From: an uncultured Candidatus Peribacteria bacterium | GTDB lineage: Bacteria; Patescibacteriota; Gracilibacteria; UBA4473 | Length of the DNA: 59,273 nt | NCBI GenBank assembly: GCA_964592695.1 | Contig: CAZQFO010000001.1 | Coordinates: 1 to 59,273, forward strand | Reading direction: 5' to 3' | Shown: positions 8,808 through 17,971 of the stretch, piece by piece | Layout of the letters: each line of letters starts with the position of its first letter | Numbering within the stretch: the stretch's first letter is position 1 | Notes under the pieces: model-generated | Told to the model about the DNA's origin: nothing | Seen by the model: only the letters and a program-made list of their open reading frames with translations | Database searches by the model: none | Position numbers and translations under genes: made by a program

Positions 8808-9587
8808 ATGGAAGAACAAAATATCACCACTGTCCCAAAAAATGATGTATTTCCGATTTCAATTATTTTCTTTCGGTTTATTGCTGGATTTTTTTCAGGG
8901 GTAATCGGAACCGTAATACTAGGTCTGATACTTTTTCTTACTTGGTCTATTGTTGGCGATACACTCAATCAACCTACTGATCTTAATCCAACAATTGGAA
9001 TTCAATTAGACCGCCCACCGGCTCATCCTCTTTTTGTTTATATTGTAGTCTTTGGAGTTTTCATCGCCTCATTGCTATCAAATATTTCCTATACCATAGG
9101 GATGAATATGCTAGAAGAAAAATACGAAAACCGTGCGACCAGTATCACTCAAGTATTTTTATCAAGTGTTATCATATTAATTATTTTTCTGCCTGCATAT
9201 ATATTTGCAAATGCCTCCTTTCAGGTCCCAGGAGTTGCTTTTGCGGCTATTTTGCATACTGGATTTTGTGCGATATTTACTTATATAGTATTAGAAACTT
9301 TAACCCAAACCAAGTACTTACTTGTTCGAATATACGGAATCATTCTTGGAATTGCTATGTTCTTTGTACTAGAAAGCATCTTATTAGATACAAAAGCAAC
9401 GATTGCCATATTTTTATCACTACCATTTTTACATGGATTACTAGGAATGGGAAATGGAATTTCAGAAGGAGTTTACCATTGGTTTTTCAAAACTTATGCC
9501 AATGACTTCTTACATTCTGAACGAAGGTTTGGGCAGGATTATGGAGTGGATGAAGGGGATTATATACCGGGAGATGAAGATCTATAA
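8808..9587 (+). CDS. Polytopic membrane protein, unknown function, acidic C-terminal tail
   Basis: 259 aa with about 6 hydrophobic helices; ends GVDEGDYIPGDEDL. Confidence 0.6.
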   Translation: MEEQNITTVPKNDVFPISIIFFRFIAGFFSGVIGTVILGLILFLTWSIVGDTLNQPTDLNPTIGIQLDRPPAHPLFVYIVVFGVFIASLLSNISYTIGMNMLEEKYENRATSITQVFLSSVIILIIFLPAYIFANASFQVPGVAFAAILHTGFCAIFTYIVLETLTQTKYLLVRIYGIILGIAMFFVLESILLDTKATIAIFLSLPFLHGLLGMGNGISEGVYHWFFKTYANDFLHSERRFGQDYGVDEGDYIPGDEDL

Positions 9588-9666
9588 CGAGTTTAGATCT
9601 AATCATTTTCATTTGCATTTAAGTAGAAACATACTAACTTCTACATACTAAATTAATCATATAAAA

Positions 9667-10056
9667 ATGAATTTCAATTGGCTTCACTTATTTAACTCAA
9701 GTTACTACTTAGACAGCAATCCTGGAGGAGATTTCCTACCTGGTTACATTTTATTAGTATTTTTTATTGCTATAATTTTTACAGGAAAAATTATGCATAA
9801 ATTTGCAGGAGAAAATAAGTACCTAAAAAAATCCATGAAAAACAAAATGGGAAAATTTATATTTTTAGGGGGACTCGGAATAATTTTAGTTTCTGCTCGA
9901 TTCTCAGGAGTTCCTGTTTTTTCTATGAGGATCTGGTTATATCTAGCTTTGATTAGCACTATAGGAGGAATTATCTATACCTATTTCAAGGTCAACGCTG
10001 ACTACAAAAAAAGACTAAATTCGGTAGAAAGAGAGCAGAAAAAGAGAATGCAATAA
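9667..10056 (+). CDS. Small membrane protein, unknown function
   Basis: 129 aa with 3 hydrophobic segments and a basic C-terminus. Confidence 0.5.
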   Translation: MNFNWLHLFNSSYYLDSNPGGDFLPGYILLVFFIAIIFTGKIMHKFAGENKYLKKSMKNKMGKFIFLGGLGIILVSARFSGVPVFSMRIWLYLALISTIGGIIYTYFKVNADYKKRLNSVEREQKKRMQ

Positions 10057-10109
10057 TTCAAACTGAACTTCGTCCTCACCACGCTGAATAATCAACCACA
10101 TAAAACCAG

Positions 10110-10143
10110 AAAGCGCGGTCTCAAGATCGCGCTTTATTTGTTT
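10110..10143. terminator. Bidirectional intrinsic terminator between convergent genes
   Basis: Hairpin aaagcgcggtc-tcaa-gatcgcgcttt (10110-10135) with T-runs on both strands. Confidence 0.55.
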
Positions 10144-10190
10144 AATGCCCGATGTAACAACACAATTCAAAAAATAATAATATTCTTCAA

Positions 10191-10655
10191 CTACCTAATT
10201 TCCAATAACTCCACTTCAAACACCAATGTCGAATTTGGTGGTATTTTTCCCATATCTCGATCTCCATAAGCCAAATTTGGTGGAATTATTAATTTCCTAA
10301 TTTCTCCAATTTTCATTCCCTCTACTCCTTGATCCCATCCTTTTATCACTTGCCCCACTCCCAAGGTGAATGGAAATGGTTTCCCTCTATCTCGACTCGA
10401 ATCAAATTTCGTACCATCCGTGAGAGTTCCTACGTAATGGACATACACATTCTTCCCTTTTTTTGCCACCTGTCCTTTCCCTTCTTTGAGCGTCTGAACT
10501 TGTAGTGAGCCGGATTCTTCAGTGACTAGTGTTTTCATTTGATTAGCAGAGTTAGTAGTACTCGATAGTTTCTTTTCTTTTGAAGTACAAGCACTTAATA
10601 AAAGGGTAGTGGTACATACAGAAATTGCGAGAAGAAGTGAAATAGTTTTTTTCAT
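10191..10655 (-). CDS. FKBP-type peptidyl-prolyl cis-trans isomerase, lipoprotein
   Basis: Lipobox LLLSAC, then [70 protein letters not shown]. Confidence 0.9.
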   Translation of the reverse strand: MKKTISLLLAISVCTTTLLLSACTSKEKKLSSTTNSANQMKTLVTEESGSLQVQTLKEGKGQVAKKGKNVYVHYVGTLTDGTKFDSSRDRGKPFPFTLGVGQVIKGWDQGVEGMKIGEIRKLIIPPNLAYGDRDMGKIPPNSTLVFEVELLEIR

Positions 10656-10715
10656 TTTTTAGATTTTATTAACTTGGGTATGATAAAAATCAGAAATAAA
10701 TATACAAGAAAAACA

Positions 10716-11930
10716 TCATAGAATTTTGTGTCTGTGCAAAAAATAAAGAGAGATTATTCCGGATACACCAATTATCCCTCCCCCTACCAAGAGTGCTTGT
10801 TGTAACGTGTAAATATCATTTATCCATCCTAATAATGGTCCAAATAATGCAAAAAATATCCGCCCCATAAAACTATTAATGGAGAGCACCGTAGCCCTCA
10901 TATCAGAAGTTACTATATTATTGATATAATCCTGTAATACCAGCTCGCCAAATCCCCAGGTAAATTGAAAAACAAAATAGAATGCCAGTGCCCAAATAGT
11001 CTGGTACCATCCCAATCCAAAATATGCAACAGCAGGCAGAAATATTAATAAGATCAACGATATCTTCCTTCCTAGATATTTTTCGATCGGATCCGCCCAT
11101 AAGGCAAATAATCCAGTAGAAAGCCGAAAAACAGCAAAAATAATTCCAAACATAATCAAAGGAATCCCAATTATTTCAAAATATGGTTGCATAAACCAAA
11201 ACATGGTAATTCCTGCCGTCATAGATAATGCTCCCACAAGTACCAGCCATTTTAGTTCTTTTTGCTCGTGTAGAACATGCTTAATAATCTGCCACATATT
11301 TTTTGTATCATCAGATTGCGCCTTATGAACTTTGGGCTCCACCAGACTCAGGGCTATAATGAGCGTAAAAACATGAACAAAGGGCTGTACCTGAAAAGGA
11401 AGACGCAAGCTAATAGTTGCCAAAAAGCCACCTATAATCATCCCGATTGCTTCAGCAAATTTCCCAATCGATACCATTTTTCCCGTTATAAGTTTGTTTT
11501 CTTTTTTTCTATTTAACTCCAAAAGAGTGTCATACATCAAAGCTCTATCCGTTCCGGATATAAAACTAATACCGGTTGCAAGTATTCCTTCTGCAATAAG
11601 GAAACCATAAAAAGAATAGCTTATTGCATAAATACTCCAGCCCAATATCAACATTAGTGCTCCAATAATCAGCGCCTTTTTTCGTCCAATTCGATCAGAA
11701 AAATACCCAGAAGGCACTTCCATCACCAGAAGGACAACGGAAAAAACGGATTGAACAATAAATATTTCTCTCATACTGAGTCCGTTTTCCTGATAAAACA
11801 GAACAATGATGGCGGTAACAATAAAAAACCAAATAGCCCCCTGTAAAAAGTATAGTTTCCAGATATTAGAAGCAATTGATGATTTAGATTTCATATGAAT
11901 AGTCATTGATGTAGGTGCATATTCTTTCAT
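10716..11930 (-). CDS. MFS-type transporter
   Basis: 404 aa with about 12 TM segments. MFS loop motif GYFSDRIGRKKALI between TM2 and TM3. Confidence 0.75.
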   Translation of the reverse strand: MKEYAPTSMTIHMKSKSSIASNIWKLYFLQGAIWFFIVTAIIVLFYQENGLSMREIFIVQSVFSVVLLVMEVPSGYFSDRIGRKKALIIGALMLILGWSIYAISYSFYGFLIAEGILATGISFISGTDRALMYDTLLELNRKKENKLITGKMVSIGKFAEAIGMIIGGFLATISLRLPFQVQPFVHVFTLIIALSLVEPKVHKAQSDDTKNMWQIIKHVLHEQKELKWLVLVGALSMTAGITMFWFMQPYFEIIGIPLIMFGIIFAVFRLSTGLFALWADPIEKYLGRKISLILLIFLPAVAYFGLGWYQTIWALAFYFVFQFTWGFGELVLQDYINNIVTSDMRATVLSINSFMGRIFFALFGPLLGWINDIYTLQQALLVGGGIIGVSGIISLYFLHRHKIL

Positions 11931-12005
11931 ATTTATCCTAATAAAAGTTTAAAAGTTAATAAATGTTTTATTGTTTCGATTTATTTTTTAAGTAGGATAA
12001 ATGTG

Positions 12006-13205
12006 ATGAAAATAATACTTCTGGCCTCCGGTCGATCATCCCGAATGGATCCTATTTCTGATAAAAACTTATTAAATTTTTGTGGAAAACCTTTATTTCT
12101 TCGATTAATAGAAAATGCACAGAATGGGGGATTGGACAATTTTATCATTGTCACCAATCCAGATAACCAGGAGGTGATTAATAAAATACTAAAAAAACAG
12201 TCATTTAGATTTGAAATAACCACCCAAAAAAATTTAGCAGAAGGTCAGGCTGGTGGAATCGCCGATGGACTTGAATTAGTTGATGATGAAGAGGCTGTTT
12301 TTATCTTGGGTGGAAATGATCTAATCGAACCGAGTGCTTATAATGACGTTCTCAATGCTTCACAGAATTACGATGGAGGAATTCTTGCGAAAGAAGTGGA
12401 ATCATATTTTCCTGGAGGATATTTAGAAATTAAAAAAGAAAATATTATCACTCGGATCATTGAAAAACCGGGATCTGGTAAAGAGCCTTCAAATTTGGTA
12501 AACATCGTAACGCATTATTTTAAAAAAGCCGAAGATATTAAATCCGCACTAAAAAGTGCTGCTTCCTCAAAGGATGATGTATATGAAGTAGCTCTGCAAA
12601 ATTTATTTCAGGAAAAAAAGTTTGTAGCTATAAAATATGATAGAACCTGGAATGCGATAAAATACCCATGGCATGTGTTAGACATGATGGAGGTCTTTAT
12701 GCAAAATCAAGGCAATAGCATTGATACGTCTGCAAAAATCGCATCGAGTGCTGCTATCAAAGGGGATAATGTAGTAATCGCAAAGGACGTAAAAATATTT
12801 GAAAATGCAGTGATTCAGGGGCCATGTTATATTGGCGAAGGTAGCATAGTAGGTAACAATGCATTAGTCAGAAGTTCTATGATCGGAAAAAATTGCACGG
12901 TTGGATACAATACCGAAATAGCTCGCAGTTATTTGGCGGACAATATTACGACACATTATGCATACGTGGGAGATTCAGTAATTGATTCTGGAGTAAATTT
13001 TGGAGCTTTTTCCTGTACTGCAAACATGAGACTGGATCGCAATCCGGTAAAAGTCTCAATTAAAGATGACCGAATTAATTCAGGATGTGAAAAACTGGGA
13101 GCAATTGTAGGGAGAGAGGCTCAAATTGGGATACATGCTATGTTGATGCCGGGGGTAAAAGTGAGCAAGAACCAATTGGTGGAACCAGGAAAGGTTTTGA
13201 AGTAA
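12006..13205 (+). CDS. Sugar-phosphate nucleotidyltransferase with C-terminal left-handed beta-helix (GlmU-like architecture)
   Basis: N-terminus MKIILLASGRSSRM (the LAAGxGxRM-type NTP-transferase signature). C-terminal hexapeptide-like repeats IKGDNVVIAKDVKIFENAVIQGPCYIGEGSIVGNNALV. ATG at 12006; the track starts at the GTG at 12003. Confidence 0.8.
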   Translation: MKIILLASGRSSRMDPISDKNLLNFCGKPLFLRLIENAQNGGLDNFIIVTNPDNQEVINKILKKQSFRFEITTQKNLAEGQAGGIADGLELVDDEEAVFILGGNDLIEPSAYNDVLNASQNYDGGILAKEVESYFPGGYLEIKKENIITRIIEKPGSGKEPSNLVNIVTHYFKKAEDIKSALKSAASSKDDVYEVALQNLFQEKKFVAIKYDRTWNAIKYPWHVLDMMEVFMQNQGNSIDTSAKIASSAAIKGDNVVIAKDVKIFENAVIQGPCYIGEGSIVGNNALVRSSMIGKNCTVGYNTEIARSYLADNITTHYAYVGDSVIDSGVNFGAFSCTANMRLDRNPVKVSIKDDRINSGCEKLGAIVGREAQIGIHAMLMPGVKVSKNQLVEPGKVLK

Positions 13206-13330
13206 ATTGGTATCCTCCCAAAATTCCAATGTAAATCCTAAAAATCCAATTTCTTCATCCAGTGTTTATGCAGTTTCCCGCATTTCATGTGAAGGCGTTA
13301 CACTGAAATTTTGGGAGGATACGTAAATTG
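13202..13330. mobile_element. MITE-like element (113 bp) with perfect 16-bp TIRs and 8-bp target-site duplication
   Basis: The TIR gtatcctcccaaaatt (13210-13225) is the exact reverse complement of 13307-13322. It is flanked directly by gtaaattg at 13202-13209 and 13323-13330. The left duplicate contains the TAA stop of the upstream gene. Confidence 0.65.
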
Positions 13331-13361
13331 ATTATTTGAAATTATTTTATAAAATCACGAT

Positions 13362-13604
13362 ATGCACGTAAAGACATTTCCAGTTTCGGGCAACATAATA
13401 AAAATCCCTATTGATGAATTTAAAAAGCTAGTAAATCAACATATGTTTCGTCTTTCAGTAAAAAAATCCGAAGTAATGATTGAAGAAAATAACCTTTTCC
13501 CAACAGAGTTAGAACTAATGAATGATTCCGATATTTCTGCTGAAATTAAAGAAAAAGCAGATGATTCTCAAAAGAAACCTCTTTCAGAATTTGTTAATAT
13601 TTAA
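13362..13604 (+). CDS. Putative antitoxin partner (80 aa)
   Basis: Lies 3 nt upstream of a RelE/ParE-like ORF. Small, with an acidic C-terminal half. Confidence 0.4.
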   Translation: MHVKTFPVSGNIIKIPIDEFKKLVNQHMFRLSVKKSEVMIEENNLFPTELELMNDSDISAEIKEKADDSQKKPLSEFVNI

Positions 13605-13607
13605 ATT

Positions 13608-13844
13608 ATGAAAATTCTTGAAGAGAAATCAGTTCTAAAGTTTTTGCAAAAAAGGAATCTGGTAACTCAATACAAAAAAGCAAAATACTACCTGGAAATG
13701 GGATATCTGGGAAATGTTGATTCCAAAGTTCGTCGACCAAAAATGGATAAAATTTATTCATTTCGCATCAACAAACAATATCGAGTCTGGTGTGTTTTTG
13801 ATGGTGAAATTTTGAGAGTTTTTGAAATTGATGATCATCAATAA
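13608..13844 (+). CDS. RelE/ParE-superfamily toxin-like protein
   Basis: 78 aa. The C-terminus FRINKQYRVWCVFDGEILRVFEIDDHQ resembles the RelE/ParE consensus (R.g.YR.iy.i....i.i..i.h). Confidence 0.5.
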   Translation: MKILEEKSVLKFLQKRNLVTQYKKAKYYLEMGYLGNVDSKVRRPKMDKIYSFRINKQYRVWCVFDGEILRVFEIDDHQ

Positions 13845-13885
13845 ACACCCTAAAACTAAGTGTTTTTGGAATTTGAATATTATAT

Positions 13886-15079
13886 TTATACAGTAATCTT
13901 CTTCGACATCGGATGATCCCTCATTTTTTCTAGCACCTTACTCTCGATCTGTCGGATTCGTTCTCGCGTTACGTTAAACTCTCGCCCCACCTCCTCTAAT
14001 GTATGTGTTACCCCATCTTCTAACCCAAATCGCATCTTAATGATCTTTTGTTCTCGAGAAGAAAGATACTGAAGCAATTCAGTAATGTTTTCTTTTATAA
14101 GTATTCTATGCGCGGAATCAAATGGAGATACGGCTGATTCATCTTCGATAAAATCTCCTAGTTTAGAATCTTCTTCTGTTCCTACCGGAGATTCAAGAGA
14201 AACTATATCTTGCGAAATTTTCAAAATATGACTTACCTTCTTCTCATCCATATCCATCTCTGCGGCAATTTCTTCTGGGAGTGGTTCTCGCCCTAACTCT
14301 TGTAATAAACGACGCTGCGTGTGTGTTAATTTATTAATGGTCTCCACCATATGCACTGGAATTCGGATCGTCCGTGCTTGATCTGCAATAGCTCTTGTGA
14401 TTGCCTGGCGAATCCACCATGTCGCATAGGTGGAAAATTTGAATCCTTTTCTGAAATCAAATTTTTCAACAGCCCTTAATAATCCAAAATTACCCTCCTG
14501 CATTAAATCTAGAAAAGGAAGCCCTCGTCCAATATATCTTTTCGCAATAGATACAACTAACCGAAGATTTGATTCTGCCAATTTTTGTTTAGCAGACAGG
14601 TCTCCTTTTTCGATTCGTTTTGCAAGGCTTACTTCTTCTTCCGCCTTTAGAAGAGGGATTCTTCCTATTTCATTCAAATACATCCGCACTGAATCATTGG
14701 AAATTTCCGAAAGATCTACTACCGGAGTAGTATCATTTGCACTTTCTGTATCAGACTCTGCTCCTCCCACCTCTTTTGCTTCGTCAGAAACAGGTCCAGA
14801 ACCTTCTGCCGAAAGTTCTTCTGGTTTGGGAAGATTTTCCGATTCTTCCTGTGCTTTTAGTGCGTCTCTCCATATTTTTTCTTCTTTAACATCAATAACA
14901 TCTATCCCTAAATCAAATAATAGCTCATACAAACTATCTATAATAGCAATATTTTGCTCCACATCTGGAACTACATGCATCAATTCTTGTTCCGTGATAA
15001 ATTTCTGCTCACGCCCCTTTTGAATAAGGGCTTGAATTTGAGGTGAAAACTGAGCAATTCTTTTTTGATATTTTCCCAT
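13886..15079 (-). CDS. rpoD: RNA polymerase sigma factor RpoD (sigma-70)
   Basis: Regions 1.2-4.2 are recognisable: [95 protein letters not shown]. Confidence 0.95.
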   Translation of the reverse strand: MGKYQKRIAQFSPQIQALIQKGREQKFITEQELMHVVPDVEQNIAIIDSLYELLFDLGIDVIDVKEEKIWRDALKAQEESENLPKPEELSAEGSGPVSDEAKEVGGAESDTESANDTTPVVDLSEISNDSVRMYLNEIGRIPLLKAEEEVSLAKRIEKGDLSAKQKLAESNLRLVVSIAKRYIGRGLPFLDLMQEGNFGLLRAVEKFDFRKGFKFSTYATWWIRQAITRAIADQARTIRIPVHMVETINKLTHTQRRLLQELGREPLPEEIAAEMDMDEKKVSHILKISQDIVSLESPVGTEEDSKLGDFIEDESAVSPFDSAHRILIKENITELLQYLSSREQKIIKMRFGLEDGVTHTLEEVGREFNVTRERIRQIESKVLEKMRDHPMSKKITV

Positions 15080-15130
15080 GAAGGTAATTTCTAATAATTT
15101 ATGAAATAAAGAAAAAAAAGCAATAAAAAA

Positions 15131-16240
15131 TTAAAACTGATCGAGAAATTCTTTTTTTTGAGATGTTAACAATCGAATATCATCAATTTCATACTTCATC
15201 ATGACCAATCTCGTAAGTCCAAATCCAAATGCAAACCCTGTAAATTCATCAGGATCAACATTGCAATTCCTTAACACATTTGGGTGTACCATTCCTGCCC
15301 CCATAAATTCTATCCATCCCGAATTTTTACAGACTCGACATCCCTGAGACTTACACAAAAGACAAGAAAAATCCACTTCCAATCCAGGCTCAACAAATGG
15401 AAAATATCCGGGTCTCAATCTAATAGTAACTTCTTGACCAAATAACTGAGTTAAAAAAGATTCCAATACCCCTTTTAAGTGAGCCAACGAAATATCCTTA
15501 TCGACTAAAAGACCTTCTACCTGATAAAACATAGCATCATGAGATGCATCAATTGCTTCATTTCGAAAAGTACGCCCTGGTGCGATGATTCGTATGGGTG
15601 CTCCACTTTTACTCATTTCTCGAATTTGCACATTTGAAGTTTGTGTACGAAGTACAAAATTATCTATAGAATTCTCAGATTCATTTTTTATCCAAAAGGT
15701 ATCCTGCATATCTCGAGCAGGGTGACCAGTCGGAACATTTAAGGCATCAAAATTGTGCCATTCTGTTTCTAATTCCGGCCCATCTGCAATTTCGAATCCC
15801 ATGGAAGAAAATATCAATTCCACCTTTTTTTGAATCAGAGACAATGGATGCAAAGATCCCTTATTGGTATAAATTCTTTTGGTTACATCCATCCAATCAG
15901 ATTTCAACTTGCCCTCTAACAATTCTTTTTCAAGTCTAGTTTTTAGCACCTCAATTTTTTTACAAAAACCAGAACGAAATAGATGTATTTCATTTCCAAT
16001 AATCTTTCGATCTTGCTCAGAATAGTTTTTCAAGTCTTTGGAAATAAAATTAATTTCACTCTTCTTTCCAAGAAATTGATCATATAATTCTTTTAAATCT
16101 TGGGTACTCTGCACAACAGAAAGCAAACCTTCTGCATTTTTAGATAGTTTTTTAATACGTTCTATGGTCTTCTTCACGGTGCAAAAAATAAAAAAAACTT
16201 GATTTTTATAAAAAAATCGTGTATAGTATTTAGATTTCAC
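15131..16240 (-). CDS. pheS: Phenylalanine--tRNA ligase alpha subunit
   Basis: Class II motifs HPLSLI, GHPARDMQDTFW, RTQTSNVQIR, GRTFRNEAIDASHDAMFYQVEG, GAGMVHPNVL, GFAFGFGLTRL. The first ~21 codons look non-native; a GTG at 16175-16177 (MKKTIERIKK) may be the true start. Confidence 0.92.
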   Translation of the reverse strand: MKSKYYTRFFYKNQVFFIFCTVKKTIERIKKLSKNAEGLLSVVQSTQDLKELYDQFLGKKSEINFISKDLKNYSEQDRKIIGNEIHLFRSGFCKKIEVLKTRLEKELLEGKLKSDWMDVTKRIYTNKGSLHPLSLIQKKVELIFSSMGFEIADGPELETEWHNFDALNVPTGHPARDMQDTFWIKNESENSIDNFVLRTQTSNVQIREMSKSGAPIRIIAPGRTFRNEAIDASHDAMFYQVEGLLVDKDISLAHLKGVLESFLTQLFGQEVTIRLRPGYFPFVEPGLEVDFSCLLCKSQGCRVCKNSGWIEFMGAGMVHPNVLRNCNVDPDEFTGFAFGFGLTRLVMMKYEIDDIRLLTSQKKEFLDQF

Positions 16241-16280
16241 TCAATAAGTCAAAAGTTTTTAATCTTTAAAACTTAAGAAA

Positions 16281-17312
16281 ATGGTAAAGTTTAATTTCGG
16301 TCTCGGCGGGGATGATGAAGATAATTCCCAGACAACAGCTAATACTAATTCTTCCGGAGGAGATGATACTGTTCAGCAAGATTTACAAAAATCTGATGTA
16401 TCAGAAAAAAAAGAGGAAAAAGCTGATGACAAAAAAGATTCTCCAACAGAAACGAAAGAGCCAATTTCTTCTGAAAAAGATGGTCCCGCTACTGACCCAT
16501 TTGGTGCAGCTACTCCAGCAGAAGCTCCTTCTGATGCTCCTGATAAAACTGAGCCAAATGAAGCCTCATCTGACCCTTTTGATGCTGCAGCTCCTGCAGA
16601 AGCGCCTTCTGATGTGCCTGATAAAACTGAGCCGAATGAAGCTCCTTCTGATTCTTCTGATGAAACTAAGCCTAATGAAGCACCTGCTGACCCTTTTGAT
16701 GCTGCTGCTCCTGTAGAAGCGCCTTCTGATTCTCTTGATGAAACTAAGCCTAATGAAACTCCAGCTGACCCTTTTGATGCTGCTGCTCCTGTAGAAGCGC
16801 CTTCTGATGCTCCTGATAAAACTGAGCCTAATGAAGCTCCTGCTGCCCCTTTTGATGTAGCTACTCCTGTAGAAACCAGCACGATCGAGGCTTCAAACGA
16901 TATAATTTCGAATCCCCCCTCTGATGCAACCCCAGGAAACACAATAACAACTAGTCAAGGAGACGATCCTATTACTGCCTTACGCAACATTAAAAAAGCA
17001 ATAAAAGCATTTACACAGGTTCATTATGATAATATTAAATCGCTAAAAAAACAGATTAACGAGCTTAAAAATAAAATCAGAGAAGAAGAAAAGCTTTTGG
17101 CAGAAAAAAAGAAAGAATTCACATCAATGATTGATGAAATTCAAGATTTGACAGGTTTTTTTGAAGAAAAAGAATCCACTACTACCCCAGCTAAAACACC
17201 GCATGACAAACCTACTAGATCAGAGGAAAAAAACAAAAAACACACCCGAGAAAAACCTCAAAACAAAAAACAACTCACGATAAAAAAAAATCATAAAATA
17301 AAAACAGAATAA
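16281..17312 (+). CDS. Acidic Pro/Ala/Asp-rich tandem-repeat protein with coiled-coil and Lys-rich C-terminus
   Basis: Repeats of DPFDAAAP(A/V)EAPSD(A/V)PDKTEPNEAP, then a coiled coil IKSLKKQINELKNKIREEEKLLAEKKKE. The antisense and alternative-frame track ORFs within it are artefacts of the repeat. Confidence 0.7.
   Translation: MVKFNFGLGGDDEDNSQTTANTNSSGGDDTVQQDLQKSDVSEKKEEKADDKKDSPTETKEPISSEKDGPATDPFGAATPAEAPSDAPDKTEPNEASSDPFDAAAPAEAPSDVPDKTEPNEAPSDSSDETKPNEAPADPFDAAAPVEAPSDSLDETKPNETPADPFDAAAPVEAPSDAPDKTEPNEAPAAPFDVATPVETSTIEASNDIISNPPSDATPGNTITTSQGDDPITALRNIKKAIKAFTQVHYDNIKSLKKQINELKNKIREEEKLLAEKKKEFTSMIDEIQDLTGFFEEKESTTTPAKTPHDKPTRSEEKNKKHTREKPQNKKQLTIKKNHKIKTE
16494..16875 (+). repeat. 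In-frame tandem repeat, about 78-nt unit (about 4.5 copies plus a 39-nt half unit)
   Basis: Units of gacccttttgatgctgc(t/a)gctcctg(t/c)agaagcgccttctgat... are directly visible. Confidence 0.8.
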
Positions 17313-17318
17313 AAAAAC

Positions 17319-17350
17319 ACCGCTCCGAAATCACCGGGGCGGTATTTTTT
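17319..17350. terminator. Bidirectional intrinsic terminator
   Basis: accgctccg (17319-17327) pairs with cggggcggt (17335-17343). There is an A-run before and a T-run after. It lies between convergent genes. Confidence 0.55.
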
Positions 17351-17369
17351 AGATAAGGTTTAAAACATA

Positions 17370-17651
17370 CTATCGGACAGCATCTTTTAAATTTTTTCCC
17401 GCTTTAAAAGTTGGAACTTTTGTAGCAGGAATCTGAATCTTCTGAGAAGGATTCTGTGGATTTACTCCCGTTCGAGCAGCTCTATGAGAAACTCGGAACG
17501 TACCAAATCCGGTAATAGTTACTTGTCCTCCGGACTTAAGCTCTTTTTCAACTGCACTAATCAGTGCCGATAGGGCGTCTCCTGCAGCTTTTTTGGTAAT
17601 GCCAGCGCCAGCTGCAATAGCGTTTACGAGGTCACCTTTTGTAAGGGCCAT
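17370..17651 (-). CDS. hup: HU-family nucleoid DNA-binding protein
   Basis: MALTKGDLVNAIA...VTITGFGTFRVSHRAARTGVNPQNPSQKIQIPATKVPTFKAGKNLKDAV. Confidence 0.93.
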   Translation of the reverse strand: MALTKGDLVNAIAAGAGITKKAAGDALSALISAVEKELKSGGQVTITGFGTFRVSHRAARTGVNPQNPSQKIQIPATKVPTFKAGKNLKDAVR

Positions 17652-17912
17652 GGTAAAAAGGGGTTAAAAAATAAAAACAAACTTAGCCGATCAATCTTAA
17701 GCCCACTCCTAGGTCTTTTGCAAGCTTTTTTTAAAAAAAAGCTATTGCATCACACATAACTATATTTTAAAATACAAAAAAACAACCTCAATTATTGTTC
17801 ACCTTTTTTACCTTCATTAAGCCAAATAAAACAAACCAACTCATAAAAAAAATTAATACACCTTATGTATGGGATTTTTCGCAATAATTATACAAAAAAA
17901 AACAAAACCAGG

Positions 17913-17941
17913 TTGAATCAAATGTGTTATTGTGATATAAT
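17913..17941 (+). promoter_or_regulatory. Sigma-70-type promoter with extended -10
   Basis: TTGAAT (17913-17918), 17-nt spacer ending in tga, TATAAT (17936-17941), 30 nt upstream of the ATG at 17972. Confidence 0.5.
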
Positions 17942-17971
17942 CAATAGAATTATTAGTATAAATAATTAAAG

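Noticed and set aside
14430-15023. 197-aa plus-strand ORF inside rpoD. Similar nested or antisense track ORFs include 1631-1816, 4953-5204, 6139-6444, 7295-7919, 16312-16942, 18139-18468, 19989-20324, 25699-26726, 38421-38759, 42525-42839, 44991-45407, 48056-48367 and 58791-59066.
   Set aside because: Each lies within, and antisense or out of frame to, a gene with strong motif support. Their translations are low-complexity or Ser/Leu/Phe-rich, as expected for the wrong frames of AT-rich or repeat coding DNA.
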